Below, piece after piece: positions 17,877 through 26,693 of a stretch of 64,000 nt of DNA. Under the pieces are notes generated by a model. That model made no database searches and was not told where the DNA came from. It was given only the letters and a program-made list of their open reading frames with translations. The DNA is from an uncultured Clostridia bacterium (GTDB lineage Bacteria; Bacillota; Clostridia; TANB77; CAG-508), in the NCBI GenBank assembly GCA_947627185.1, contig CANQVF010000008.1, positions 6,403-70,402 of the forward strand, written 5' to 3'. Numbering within the stretch: the first letter of the stretch is position 1; the number at the start of each line of letters is the position of its first letter. The position numbers were made by a program, and so were the translations under genes.

Positions 17877-18977
17877 TTAATAATTTATTTTTTTATTTTT
17901 ATTAGTAAATTTTATAAATACTACTAATAGAATTATAGCAAGTACTCCAATTGCAATATATGGTGTAACATTTAAAGCCATACCAGTTATACTTTCAGCT
18001 TCTTTATGATTTTCAAAAGTAGTAATGTTGCTTCCTGCATCTTCATTAGCTATTTTTGTTACTTCTTTAGTATCTGATACTCTTGTTTTTCTATCAATAT
18101 ATGTTTGATAATCATCTGCTTCTTGTTCTGTTATTACATAGTTAGCTCCTAATTTAATTTGATCTAATCCTTCTTCAGCAGAAGTTAAACCTATTGTTAC
18201 AGTTTGACCATCTTTTAAATAAACATAGTTTTCTTCTCCTGCAACATAATTTGATGAAGTACTAACTTTTGCTCCATTGTACTCTACTTCTTCATCTTGT
18301 CCTAAAATTACATAATTATCACCAATAGCTGCATCTGTAATATCTACTTTAAATTTAAAGTATTCATCAACATCTCCCATATTTCCTGTTACATTTTTCT
18401 TTAAAACTAAGTGTGTAAAAGATGTTTCAGCTGGGAAAGTAATGTTTCTTTTAACTGCTGTGTCATTTGTAAGTGTTCCTTGATTTAATAATGTTACAGT
18501 TAATTCTCCTGTTGGAACTCCTTGTGCATCAACTTGGTTTACAACTTGTACATATATATAATATTTATCTGTTGATACTGCATAAGTTGTTTCATCTGTT
18601 GAACTTGTTTCTGAAATTATAAATTTGTAATCACCTACTTTTGTAAAAGTAGTTCCTATAAAGTCTAAATCTGCTTCTTTTTTAGCTATGTTTTTTCCAT
18701 CTGGTTGAACCTCATCAAATTGGATTGTAAAAGAAGTTGGAGCTCCTTGTACTTTTGCTGGGTTTGAAGGATCTTCTTCAATAGTATAAGTAAAAGTATT
18801 AGTAACTGGGTTAGTTACATTTTTTACATTTCTTGTAACTTTTACACTATGAACTGGATCACTTTCTGAAATTTGTTTTGGTGTAACTGCTTTTGCATTT
18901 ACACTCATTTGGAATACTAGTAAAATAATAGATGCAATAATCATTATTTTACTTATTGTTTTTAAATAATTTTTCAT
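17877..18977 (-). CDS. Two-domain T-antigen/FctA-like pilin (candidate backbone subunit)
   Basis: Has a signal peptide. The N-domain NTFTYTIEED...GDYKFIISE...YYIYVQVVNQ and the second domain LKKNVTGNMGDVDEYFKFKV...YVITEQE...FENHK fit the streptococcal pilin isopeptide-linkage repeat. The C-terminus is AESITG + TM + KNKKINY. Confidence 0.6.
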   Translation of the reverse strand: MKNYLKTISKIMIIASIILLVFQMSVNAKAVTPKQISESDPVHSVKVTRNVKNVTNPVTNTFTYTIEEDPSNPAKVQGAPTSFTIQFDEVQPDGKNIAKKEADLDFIGTTFTKVGDYKFIISETSSTDETTYAVSTDKYYIYVQVVNQVDAQGVPTGELTVTLLNQGTLTNDTAVKRNITFPAETSFTHLVLKKNVTGNMGDVDEYFKFKVDITDAAIGDNYVILGQDEEVEYNGAKVSTSSNYVAGEENYVYLKDGQTVTIGLTSAEEGLDQIKLGANYVITEQEADDYQTYIDRKTRVSDTKEVTKIANEDAGSNITTFENHKEAESITGMALNVTPYIAIGVLAIILLVVFIKFTNKNKKINY

Positions 18978-19059
18978 TTTTTAAATCCTTTCTAACATTA
19001 ATATAAATTTATCTTAGCATATAAAAATTGGTTTGTACTCATTGTAATTGAAAAGATAC

Positions 19060-19076
19060 AAAAAAAAAAAAAAAAA
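19060..19076. repeat. Homopolymer A17 (T17 on the coding strand of the pilus operon)
   Basis: Counted directly. It lies 83 nt upstream of the pilin start codon, between the upstream terminator and the RBS. Confidence 0.95.
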
Positions 19077-19112
19077 TGTTTTTGTCATACTAATGTAATA
19101 TTTGTAATAAAG

Positions 19113-19147
19113 CAAAAAAAATGTATAGAAGCTACTATACATTTTTT
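19113..19147. terminator. Hairpin terminator after the 192-aa acidic protein gene
   Basis: atgtatag / ctatacat stem flanked by an A run and a T run. Confidence 0.55.
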
Positions 19148-19167
19148 ATCTAATTTTATATAAATTT

Positions 19168-19746
19168 TTATTTTACTTTAAATAATGATAATATTTTTTC
19201 TTTTATTTTAAAGAAAAAACTATTATTTTCTTTTTCTTTATTTTCTACTAAAGAGTTTTCTTTTGATGTTTCGCTATTTTCTTGATAATCTGTATAATCT
19301 TTTATATCATCATTTTCTTTAGTATATAAATCATACTTTTGAATTACTGTAGGTCTTGAAAAATCTTCTTCTGGCTCTGCATCTTCTTGTGTACTAAATT
19401 GTTTATCAAAAATACTATCTATATCATATCTTTCTTTAATTTGGTTTTCTAATTTTTCTTTATTTTCGATCATCATTTCATATAGTTCTTGTTTTCTTTT
19501 TTCATCTTCGCACCAATATCTTAAATGTAATAAAGCTATTATTTCTAGTGTAAACTGCTTTAATCCTTGATTTTCAAGTGGAACATATGGATTTATTTTT
19601 ACTTCATAAGTTGGATCTTTAAATTCACTAAAAAAATTTTTTATTTTTTCAGGTATTTTTTTTATATATTTTTCATTCATATGATTAATAATATAATCAA
19701 CTTCTGCATATGCTTTTATATCTTCTAAAGTAATTACAGCACTCAT
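19168..19746 (-). CDS. Acidic hypothetical protein
   Basis: Long ORF with an RBS (GGAGG). No domain recognised. Confidence 0.6.
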   Translation of the reverse strand: MSAVITLEDIKAYAEVDYIINHMNEKYIKKIPEKIKNFFSEFKDPTYEVKINPYVPLENQGLKQFTLEIIALLHLRYWCEDEKRKQELYEMMIENKEKLENQIKERYDIDSIFDKQFSTQEDAEPEEDFSRPTVIQKYDLYTKENDDIKDYTDYQENSETSKENSLVENKEKENNSFFFKIKEKILSLFKVK

Positions 19747-19780
19747 TTGTAATTTCCTCCTAAATTTCTTTTGTATTTTT

Positions 19781-20230
19781 TTATCTTTCTAAATTTTTTT
19801 CTGGTGCTAATTCTGTTTTTCCTTCTTTTAATATAGTGTTTACTATTTCTTCTGGTTTTCTACTTTCTTTTTCAAGAGCTTTTAATTGTCCTACTAATTT
19901 TTGTCCTGCTTGCATAGTAGCATTAATATCTGAATTTTTGGCTACTTCAAAAGTTGCATTATAAAAAGCTTCTTCTAAAGAATTTGCTATTACTTCTGTT
20001 TCATACTTGGCTACTAATGTTAAATTTTCTTGCACAGAATTTAATTTTTCTTCATTTGTCCATCCAACAAAAACATATCTAACTTGATTTTCTGGTTCTT
20101 TTTCTGGCTCTTTTCCTTTATATTCAGCTTTATCACCTTTATTTACTACTTGTTTATCTAAAACAGTTTTGCCATCTTCATCTAAAAAGACTATTTCATA
20201 TTGTTCCACAAATATTCCTCCTTTGTACAT
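19781..20230 (-). CDS. Hypothetical protein with one Listeria-Bacteroides (Flg_new-like) repeat
   Basis: YEIVFLDEDGKTVLDKQVVNKGDKAEY...YVFVGWT matches the repeat pattern. No signal peptide. Confidence 0.5.
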   Translation of the reverse strand: MYKGGIFVEQYEIVFLDEDGKTVLDKQVVNKGDKAEYKGKEPEKEPENQVRYVFVGWTNEEKLNSVQENLTLVAKYETEVIANSLEEAFYNATFEVAKNSDINATMQAGQKLVGQLKALEKESRKPEEIVNTILKEGKTELAPEKNLER

Positions 20231-20396
20231 TTAGATATAAATATTATATTCATAACAAAAAAATATTTCAAGTATTTTTAAAAATTTAGATTATAGTATC
20301 AATCTATATAAATTATGGCAATAAATTCTAAAAAAAAAAGATATGCAAAATATACATATCTTTTTTCTATGAATTCATATATGTTTATATAAAATT

Positions 20397-20675
20397 CTAT
20401 TTTTTATTTACTAAATCTTTTAATGCTTTTCCAGCTTTAAATACTGGAGCTTTTGATGCAGGTATTTTGATTTCTTCTTTAGTTTGTGGGTTTCTTCCTT
20501 TTCTAGCTGCTCTTTTTCTTACTTCAAAAGATCCAAATCCAACTAATTGAACTTTTTCACCTTTTTCTAAAGATTCTGTTACTGTGCTAACAAAAGCGTT
20601 TACAGCTTCTTCTGCAGCTTTTTTTGTGTTTCCTGTTTTTGCAGCTATTGCTGCGATTAATTCAGCTTTGTTCAT
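20397..20675 (-). CDS. hup: DNA-binding protein HU
   Basis: [11 protein letters not shown]...[20 protein letters not shown] is the canonical HU sequence. Confidence 0.95.
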   Translation of the reverse strand: MNKAELIAAIAAKTGNTKKAAEEAVNAFVSTVTESLEKGEKVQLVGFGSFEVRKRAARKGRNPQTKEEIKIPASKAPVFKAGKALKDLVNKK

Positions 20676-20822
20676 TTAAAATTACCTCCTAAGAATTTAG
20701 TTTTATGTAGAATTATTTGTTCTACAATAATTTTATTCGCCAAAATATGCTTAAATCCTTCTTTTTTTTATTTTTTTTTGTTTTTTTCCTTTATTTTTCA
20801 ACTTTTTTTAAAATTTATTTTT

Positions 20823-22409
20823 TTATAATTCACTATTTTCAGTACTTTCAAAGAATTGCTCTTTTCTTAACATTTTTGTTACAAATATACATATAACATA
20901 AAAAATTATAGCAATTAATATAGAAATTATTATACAAAATATATTACTAATATTTTTTAAACTTAGTATATTATATATATTTAATGAAAATATAATCATA
21001 AATAAACTAGATAAAAATGGTTTTAATGATAATTTTAATATATTTATTTTAAAATTAATGTGTTTTTTCAAAGAAATATATACAATTATAAAAGAAATTA
21101 ATGATGATAAAATATTTCCTAAAATTGCTCCCTTTTCATATATTCCATTTATAGGTATTAAAAATATATTGGAAACTATTTTTACAACAACACCTATAAA
21201 TGCAGAATAAACTGGTATTCTATTTTTTCCTAATCCTTGTAATATTCCATTTATAGTTTGTGTTAATAATGAAAAAATAATTCCTAATGAAGCTAATTTT
21301 AATAACTCACTTCCATTTTGAGCTTTTGGAAATAACAAATAAAATATTTGCTTTGAATACGCAAAAATTCCAAATGTTGCAGGTATTGCAATAATTAATG
21401 TTATTAATATAGAAAACTCTATTTGTTTTATAATTCCATCTAAATCATTTTTTGCTTTTCTTCTTGAAATTTCTGGAATTAATGCAGTAGATATAGCAAT
21501 ATTAAATGAAAGTGGCAATACCATTATTATATCAACTTTAGAACTTAATATACCATATTTTATTATTGCCTCTTCTTCAGTTATAAATCTTTTTAAAATT
21601 CTAACAACTGTTATAGAGTCTATATTTTTACCTAAAGAGCCTAAAACAGCACTTATTGTCATAGGTATAGAAATCTTTAATATTTTTCTTACTATAGTAG
21701 AAATTCTTTCTTTAGGAAAATAATTAAAATTCAATCTTATATTTTTATTTTTTATAGAAATGTATTTATTAATTAAGTAGATTAAACTAATAAAAGTTGC
21801 AATAGTAGTTGCAAAATTTGCAATTGCTGCCATTGCTTCTGTATTATTATTAGATATTTTAGAAACAACTTCTACAAATATAATAGTAAAAATCGTTTTC
21901 ATAAGTTGCTCAATAAACTGTGATTTAGCTGTTATAAAAATTTTATTTTCTCCATTACAAAATCCCCTAATTACTGATGTGATTGAAACAAAAAATATAG
22001 CTGGTGATAAAACCATTAAACTTAATTTAGCTTCTGGAATTTCTAAAATTACATTAGAAATAAATTTTGCACATAAAAATAGTGATATACAACCTATAAA
22101 TCCTATTATTGAAAATATAAAAATGGCTACTTTAAAACATCTATCCATATTTATATAGTCTTTTTTAGATTTTTGCTCTGATATAATTTTTGAAATAGCA
22201 TTTGGAATTCCTATTGATGAAATTGTTAGTAATAATGCATATATTTGATAACCACTCATATATATTGCATTTCCTTCATCTCCAAATCCTGACTTATTAG
22301 TTATGTATATACTATATATTGCTCCAAAAATTTTTATTAAAATTTGAGAAGTTACTAAGGATAATATGCCTTTTATAAAACTTGAAATTCCTTTTTTCAC
22401 ATTTTTCAC
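20823..22409 (-). CDS. MOP-superfamily flippase (SpoVB / MurJ / polysaccharide biosynthesis protein family)
   Basis: 528 aa and polytopic. The N-terminal pattern GDEGNAIYMSGYQIYALLLTISSIGIPNAISK is typical of SpoVB-like proteins. Confidence 0.7.
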   Translation of the reverse strand: MKNVKKGISSFIKGILSLVTSQILIKIFGAIYSIYITNKSGFGDEGNAIYMSGYQIYALLLTISSIGIPNAISKIISEQKSKKDYINMDRCFKVAIFIFSIIGFIGCISLFLCAKFISNVILEIPEAKLSLMVLSPAIFFVSITSVIRGFCNGENKIFITAKSQFIEQLMKTIFTIIFVEVVSKISNNNTEAMAAIANFATTIATFISLIYLINKYISIKNKNIRLNFNYFPKERISTIVRKILKISIPMTISAVLGSLGKNIDSITVVRILKRFITEEEAIIKYGILSSKVDIIMVLPLSFNIAISTALIPEISRRKAKNDLDGIIKQIEFSILITLIIAIPATFGIFAYSKQIFYLLFPKAQNGSELLKLASLGIIFSLLTQTINGILQGLGKNRIPVYSAFIGVVVKIVSNIFLIPINGIYEKGAILGNILSSLISFIIVYISLKKHINFKINILKLSLKPFLSSLFMIIFSLNIYNILSLKNISNIFCIIISILIAIIFYVICIFVTKMLRKEQFFESTENSEL

Positions 22410-22476
22410 TCACTTTCTTAATAATTTTATTGTGATTTATTTTTTATATTCATTAATTTCAAACATTTTATTGCTG

Positions 22477-22512
22477 AAAATCAAGCTTTTTTTCCTCAAA
22501 AAGCTTGATTTT
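22477..22512. other. Perfect 15-bp hairpin in a divergent intergenic region
   Basis: aaaatcaagcttttt / aaaaagcttgatttt with loop ttcctc, A/T runs on both sides. No upstream gene on either strand for it to terminate. Confidence 0.8.
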
Positions 22513-22576
22513 TTTCCAATTTTGTAAGATAATATATAGTGTAGTAGTTTTATAAAATAGATGAAGGATAGAAAAA

Positions 22577-24916
22577 ATGAAATATATAGATAAATTTTTA
22601 AAATTATTAAAAACGGATAGAAATACATTCGTTACATATGTACTTACATTATTAACTGTATATATTTGTATAGATAGAATTTCAGAAGTTTTACTTATTA
22701 TGTTTTCTGGTTTATCTGTTTCTTATTGGGGACCAATAAAATATACACTTGCACTTGCTTGTCCAATATTTGCTTTTTACTTCTCGCCTGCCTCAAAATT
22801 TGCAACAGATAAATATACTAAAGAAACATTTTTCTATATATACGCAGTTGCTTTATATGTAGTTGTTTGTTCAATGGCAGTTCAATGGGTAAACCAAGTT
22901 GGTTGGTTTTTATTATTTTCAGTACCTAATTATTCTTACATCATTACTACATTTATGGATTTAATAAAACCTGCCTTTTCAGCTTTTGCTTGGTATATAC
23001 CTGTTTGTTCTTTTTATCCTTTGTTTAAATGGTTATATACAGTTGTTAATGATACATTATATATTAGAGAATCTATTTGGGATTATGGTGGAATAGATTT
23101 ATCTGACCAATCAATTGGTATGGGACCATATACTTGTGAAATGTTTATAGCTAAAGATAGAGAAACTGGTAAATCTATAAGAACTCCAGAAGCTAGAAGA
23201 TTTGAGTCTACTTTAATCGTTGGTGTTTCTGGTTCTGGAAAAACATCTATGATTTTTGAACCAATGATAGCCAGAGATTTAGAGAAAAAATATTTCTTTA
23301 GAGAAACCTCAAAAGAATTAGGATACACTGCTATAAAAACTCATATTGCTACTTTAAATTGTCCTTATTCTAATGGTTATATAAATGAAAACTTCACTTT
23401 AAATATGCTTACACCTGTGCCTACAAAAGAGAATGTTTTTAAAGCATATTTTTCAAAACTTATATACCATTATAACGGTAAAGATTCAATATATAAAAAT
23501 TTAGGAATTACTTATATGGCTCCTGATTATGAATCAATATCACATATTCGTGAAGTTGCTGAAAATTTTGGTATTCAATACCATATTATAGATCCTAACG
23601 ATAGTGCTAATTCTATTGGATTAAATCCTTTTACATATGAAGATCCTATTAAAACATCTATTGCTATATCTTCAATATTAAAGAGAATGTATGCATCTGA
23701 AGAAGTTCCTAATTTTGGAAATCATGATGAAGCATTTATGCAAAATATTGTTACACAAGCAATAGAAAATTTGGTTTTAATGCTAAAAGAAGTTTATCCA
23801 AAACTTCATGATGGTGATATACCAACATTAGAAGATTTATTAGAATTATTAAATGACTTTGATAAAATTGAAGAAATGGCTGAACAAATGAAAACATATC
23901 CTAATCTTGCTGAACAATATAAAATTCAATTAGGATATTTTAAGAAAACTTTCTACAAAACAGCCTATAATAGAGAAGAAACTGCAAAATATTTACAAGC
24001 TTCTGCATCACAACTTGAAAACTTACTAAGATATCCAGGAGTTAGAAATATTTTATGTAATAGAGCAAATAACTTAAATTATGATAATGCTTTAGCTAAT
24101 GGTGATATTACATTAGTTTGTACAAGACGTGGAGATTTAGGTGCTAGTGTTCATAAAGCTTTTGGTTTATTCTTTATTTTATTAATGCAACAATCTGTTT
24201 TATCTAGACCAGGAAATGAAAAAACTAGAATACCACACTTTTTATATATTGATGAATTTCCACCATTTGTTTGTAAAGCAACTGAAGATATATTTACTCT
24301 ATATAGAAAATACAGAGTTGGTACAATTATATCTTCACAAAACTTATCTCAATTTGGTATAAAAGATGATTATAATTTTAGACAAACATTACTTGCAAAC
24401 TGCACAACTAAAATTGTATTTGGTAATAATACTCCAGAAGATAATGAATGGTGGGAAAAAGAACTTGGAGATAAGAGACGTTGGGAATTTACAAATGATT
24501 ATAGAACAGATCAAGGAAAATATGATCCTTCTTATAAAGGAATTAAATGGAAATGGATTCCTTGGTTTAAAGCAGGAAAAGTTCAAGCTTTAAAATTTAA
24601 AACGATTATTTATAAAACAAAGGATTTGAAAGGTAAATCTTTAGTAGGTCAGGCCAAAGTAGATTTTCTAGAGTCAAGATATAAAGAAAAACAAAAAATA
24701 AAAACTTACAATTTTGAAAAATTCTTAACCTTAAACAATACTTCTACTGTTTCAGAATCTTCAAATAAAAAACCTACTTTTGATTTAAAAAATATAAATT
24801 CTGATTTAGATAGATCTGAAGAAATTGATCCTATACAAAAAAATACATCAGATTTAAATTATCATTTTGATGATGAAGATCCTATTGCTTCATTTAATTC
24901 AAAACCAAATAATTAA
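22577..24916 (+). CDS. Membrane-anchored TraG/TraD/VirD4-family coupling-protein-like P-loop NTPase
   Basis: N-terminal TM segments, Walker A GVSGSGKTS, Walker B FLYIDEFP, and a TraG-D_C-like block RKYRVGTIISSQNLSQF. Confidence 0.65.
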   Translation: MKYIDKFLKLLKTDRNTFVTYVLTLLTVYICIDRISEVLLIMFSGLSVSYWGPIKYTLALACPIFAFYFSPASKFATDKYTKETFFYIYAVALYVVVCSMAVQWVNQVGWFLLFSVPNYSYIITTFMDLIKPAFSAFAWYIPVCSFYPLFKWLYTVVNDTLYIRESIWDYGGIDLSDQSIGMGPYTCEMFIAKDRETGKSIRTPEARRFESTLIVGVSGSGKTSMIFEPMIARDLEKKYFFRETSKELGYTAIKTHIATLNCPYSNGYINENFTLNMLTPVPTKENVFKAYFSKLIYHYNGKDSIYKNLGITYMAPDYESISHIREVAENFGIQYHIIDPNDSANSIGLNPFTYEDPIKTSIAISSILKRMYASEEVPNFGNHDEAFMQNIVTQAIENLVLMLKEVYPKLHDGDIPTLEDLLELLNDFDKIEEMAEQMKTYPNLAEQYKIQLGYFKKTFYKTAYNREETAKYLQASASQLENLLRYPGVRNILCNRANNLNYDNALANGDITLVCTRRGDLGASVHKAFGLFFILLMQQSVLSRPGNEKTRIPHFLYIDEFPPFVCKATEDIFTLYRKYRVGTIISSQNLSQFGIKDDYNFRQTLLANCTTKIVFGNNTPEDNEWWEKELGDKRRWEFTNDYRTDQGKYDPSYKGIKWKWIPWFKAGKVQALKFKTIIYKTKDLKGKSLVGQAKVDFLESRYKEKQKIKTYNFEKFLTLNNTSTVSESSNKKPTFDLKNINSDLDRSEEIDPIQKNTSDLNYHFDDEDPIASFNSKPNN

Positions 24917-24994
24917 AAAACTTCTTCAAATTGTAAAGTAATATAAAATAATTAATCAATTTGTAAATTTAATAAACTTAAATTATTAATTTTA

Positions 24995-25024
24995 AAAGGC
25001 TTTGTGAGTTCTCACAAAGCCTTT
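24995..25024. terminator. Bidirectional hairpin terminator between the coupling-protein gene and purB
   Basis: aaaggctttgtgag / ctcacaaagccttt is a near-perfect palindrome. Confidence 0.6.
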
Positions 25025-25073
25025 CATCATGCCTTACTTCAATGCATGATCTTTGAAAAATACCTATTAAAAA

Positions 25074-26516
25074 TCAAACCAAAACTTCTTTGTTTATGTC
25101 TTTTACCATCTCAGCATTTTTATCTAACACTGGATAGACATACTCTGTAAGATAGTCTACAACCTGATTTTCCGCACGTCCTACAAGCTTATTCGGGTTG
25201 CAAATTTCTTTTACTTCCTCCAAAGTCATACCAAAAATCGGGTCTTCAGCAATTCTTGCAAGAAGGTCATTTTCTTTTCCTTCTAATTTTACACGCTTTC
25301 CTGCTTCCATAGAATGAACGCGAATGTGTTCATGCAATTCTTGCCGATTCCCACCTCTCTTAGCTGCCTCCATGATAATATTTTCTGTTGCCATAAAAGG
25401 CAATTCCTCAGCCAATCTCTTCTCAATAACTTTGTTGTAAACAACTAAGCCATCGATAATATTAGCTGTGATGATGAGAACAGCATCAGTTGCAAGAAAC
25501 GCTTCCGGGTTGCTAATTCTACGTACAGCAGAATCATCAAGTGTTCTTTCATCCCACTGATCTACAGCTGTTGCAGCTGCAATTGCAGGTTGTGCAATGA
25601 CATATCGACTCAAAGAACAAATGCGTTCGCATCTCATTGGATTTCTCTTGTATGCCATCGCAGAAGAACCTATCTGTTTTTTCTCAAATGGTTCTTCTAT
25701 TTCTTTGTCATGTTGCTGAAGTCGAATGTCTTTTGCCATTTTCTGTGCACTGATGTTTATGGAAGCTAAAACACTTATGATTCTAAAATCCAAGTTTCTT
25801 GTGTAGGTCTGCCCTGAAATAGGATATACTTTATCAAATCCCATCTCCTCGGCAATAATCTTATCAAGTTCCTTTACTTTTTCTTCATCTCCATCAAAGA
25901 TATCCATGAAAGTAGATGATGTACCTGTTGCTCCACGGCATCCTAAAAGTTTCAATGAAGAAATTACAAAATCCAACTGTTCTAAATCTTCCATGAAATT
26001 CTGAAGCCAGATGGCCTCTCTCTTTCCTACTGTTACTGGAGATGCCGGCTGAAAATGTGTATAACCTAATGTAGCAATTCCTTTGTGTTCATAGCACAAG
26101 TCAGCCAATAACTTAATAACGCCCAGCAGTCTTTTTTTCACGAGTTTTAAAGCCTCGTAAAAGTTTAAAATGTCAGTATTGTCAGTAACAAAGCAGGAAG
26201 TAGCTCCTAAGTGGATAATTCCGGCCGCCTTCGGACACTGAACGCCATATGCATACACATGTGACATAACATCGTGTCTTACTTCCCGTTCACGGGCTCT
26301 TGCAACATCGTAGTTGATATCAAAAATGTGTTCTGCAAGTTCTTGTATCTTCTCATCAGTAATCTCTTTCACTCCAAGTCTTTGCTCAGCTTTTGCCAAA
26401 GCAACCCAGAGTTTTCTCCAAGTAGAAAACTTTTGATCATCAGAGAAGATCTTTTGCATTTCTTTGCTTGCATACCTCCCTGTAAGTGGTGATTGGTAGA
26501 TGTCTGTTCGATTCAT
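25074..26516 (-). CDS. purB: Adenylosuccinate lyase
   Basis: Fumarate-lyase signature GSSAMAYKRNP. The N-terminus (SPLTGRYASKEM) and the 480-aa length are typical of PurB. Confidence 0.9.
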   Translation of the reverse strand: MNRTDIYQSPLTGRYASKEMQKIFSDDQKFSTWRKLWVALAKAEQRLGVKEITDEKIQELAEHIFDINYDVARAREREVRHDVMSHVYAYGVQCPKAAGIIHLGATSCFVTDNTDILNFYEALKLVKKRLLGVIKLLADLCYEHKGIATLGYTHFQPASPVTVGKREAIWLQNFMEDLEQLDFVISSLKLLGCRGATGTSSTFMDIFDGDEEKVKELDKIIAEEMGFDKVYPISGQTYTRNLDFRIISVLASINISAQKMAKDIRLQQHDKEIEEPFEKKQIGSSAMAYKRNPMRCERICSLSRYVIAQPAIAAATAVDQWDERTLDDSAVRRISNPEAFLATDAVLIITANIIDGLVVYNKVIEKRLAEELPFMATENIIMEAAKRGGNRQELHEHIRVHSMEAGKRVKLEGKENDLLARIAEDPIFGMTLEEVKEICNPNKLVGRAENQVVDYLTEYVYPVLDKNAEMVKDINKEVLV

Positions 26517-26693
26517 ACAGTATTCCTCCTTAATAATGTTGTTCTAGAACATCTAGACTATAATATTTTATCACAATTTATGTTAACTTTCAAGAAAAAG
26601 CTGTATATTTATGGATATTTATTCATAAATAATGAACCCTACATGTTTTTAACATTTTAGGGTCCATATTATTTTATACTTCTTAAAAAGCTT

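Noticed and set aside
22437-22628. 63-aa minus-strand ORF in the divergent region that overlaps the start of the coupling-protein gene.
   Set aside because: It has no RBS and a low-complexity hydrophobic translation. It spans the 15-bp hairpin and the opposing gene's start, so it is probably spurious.
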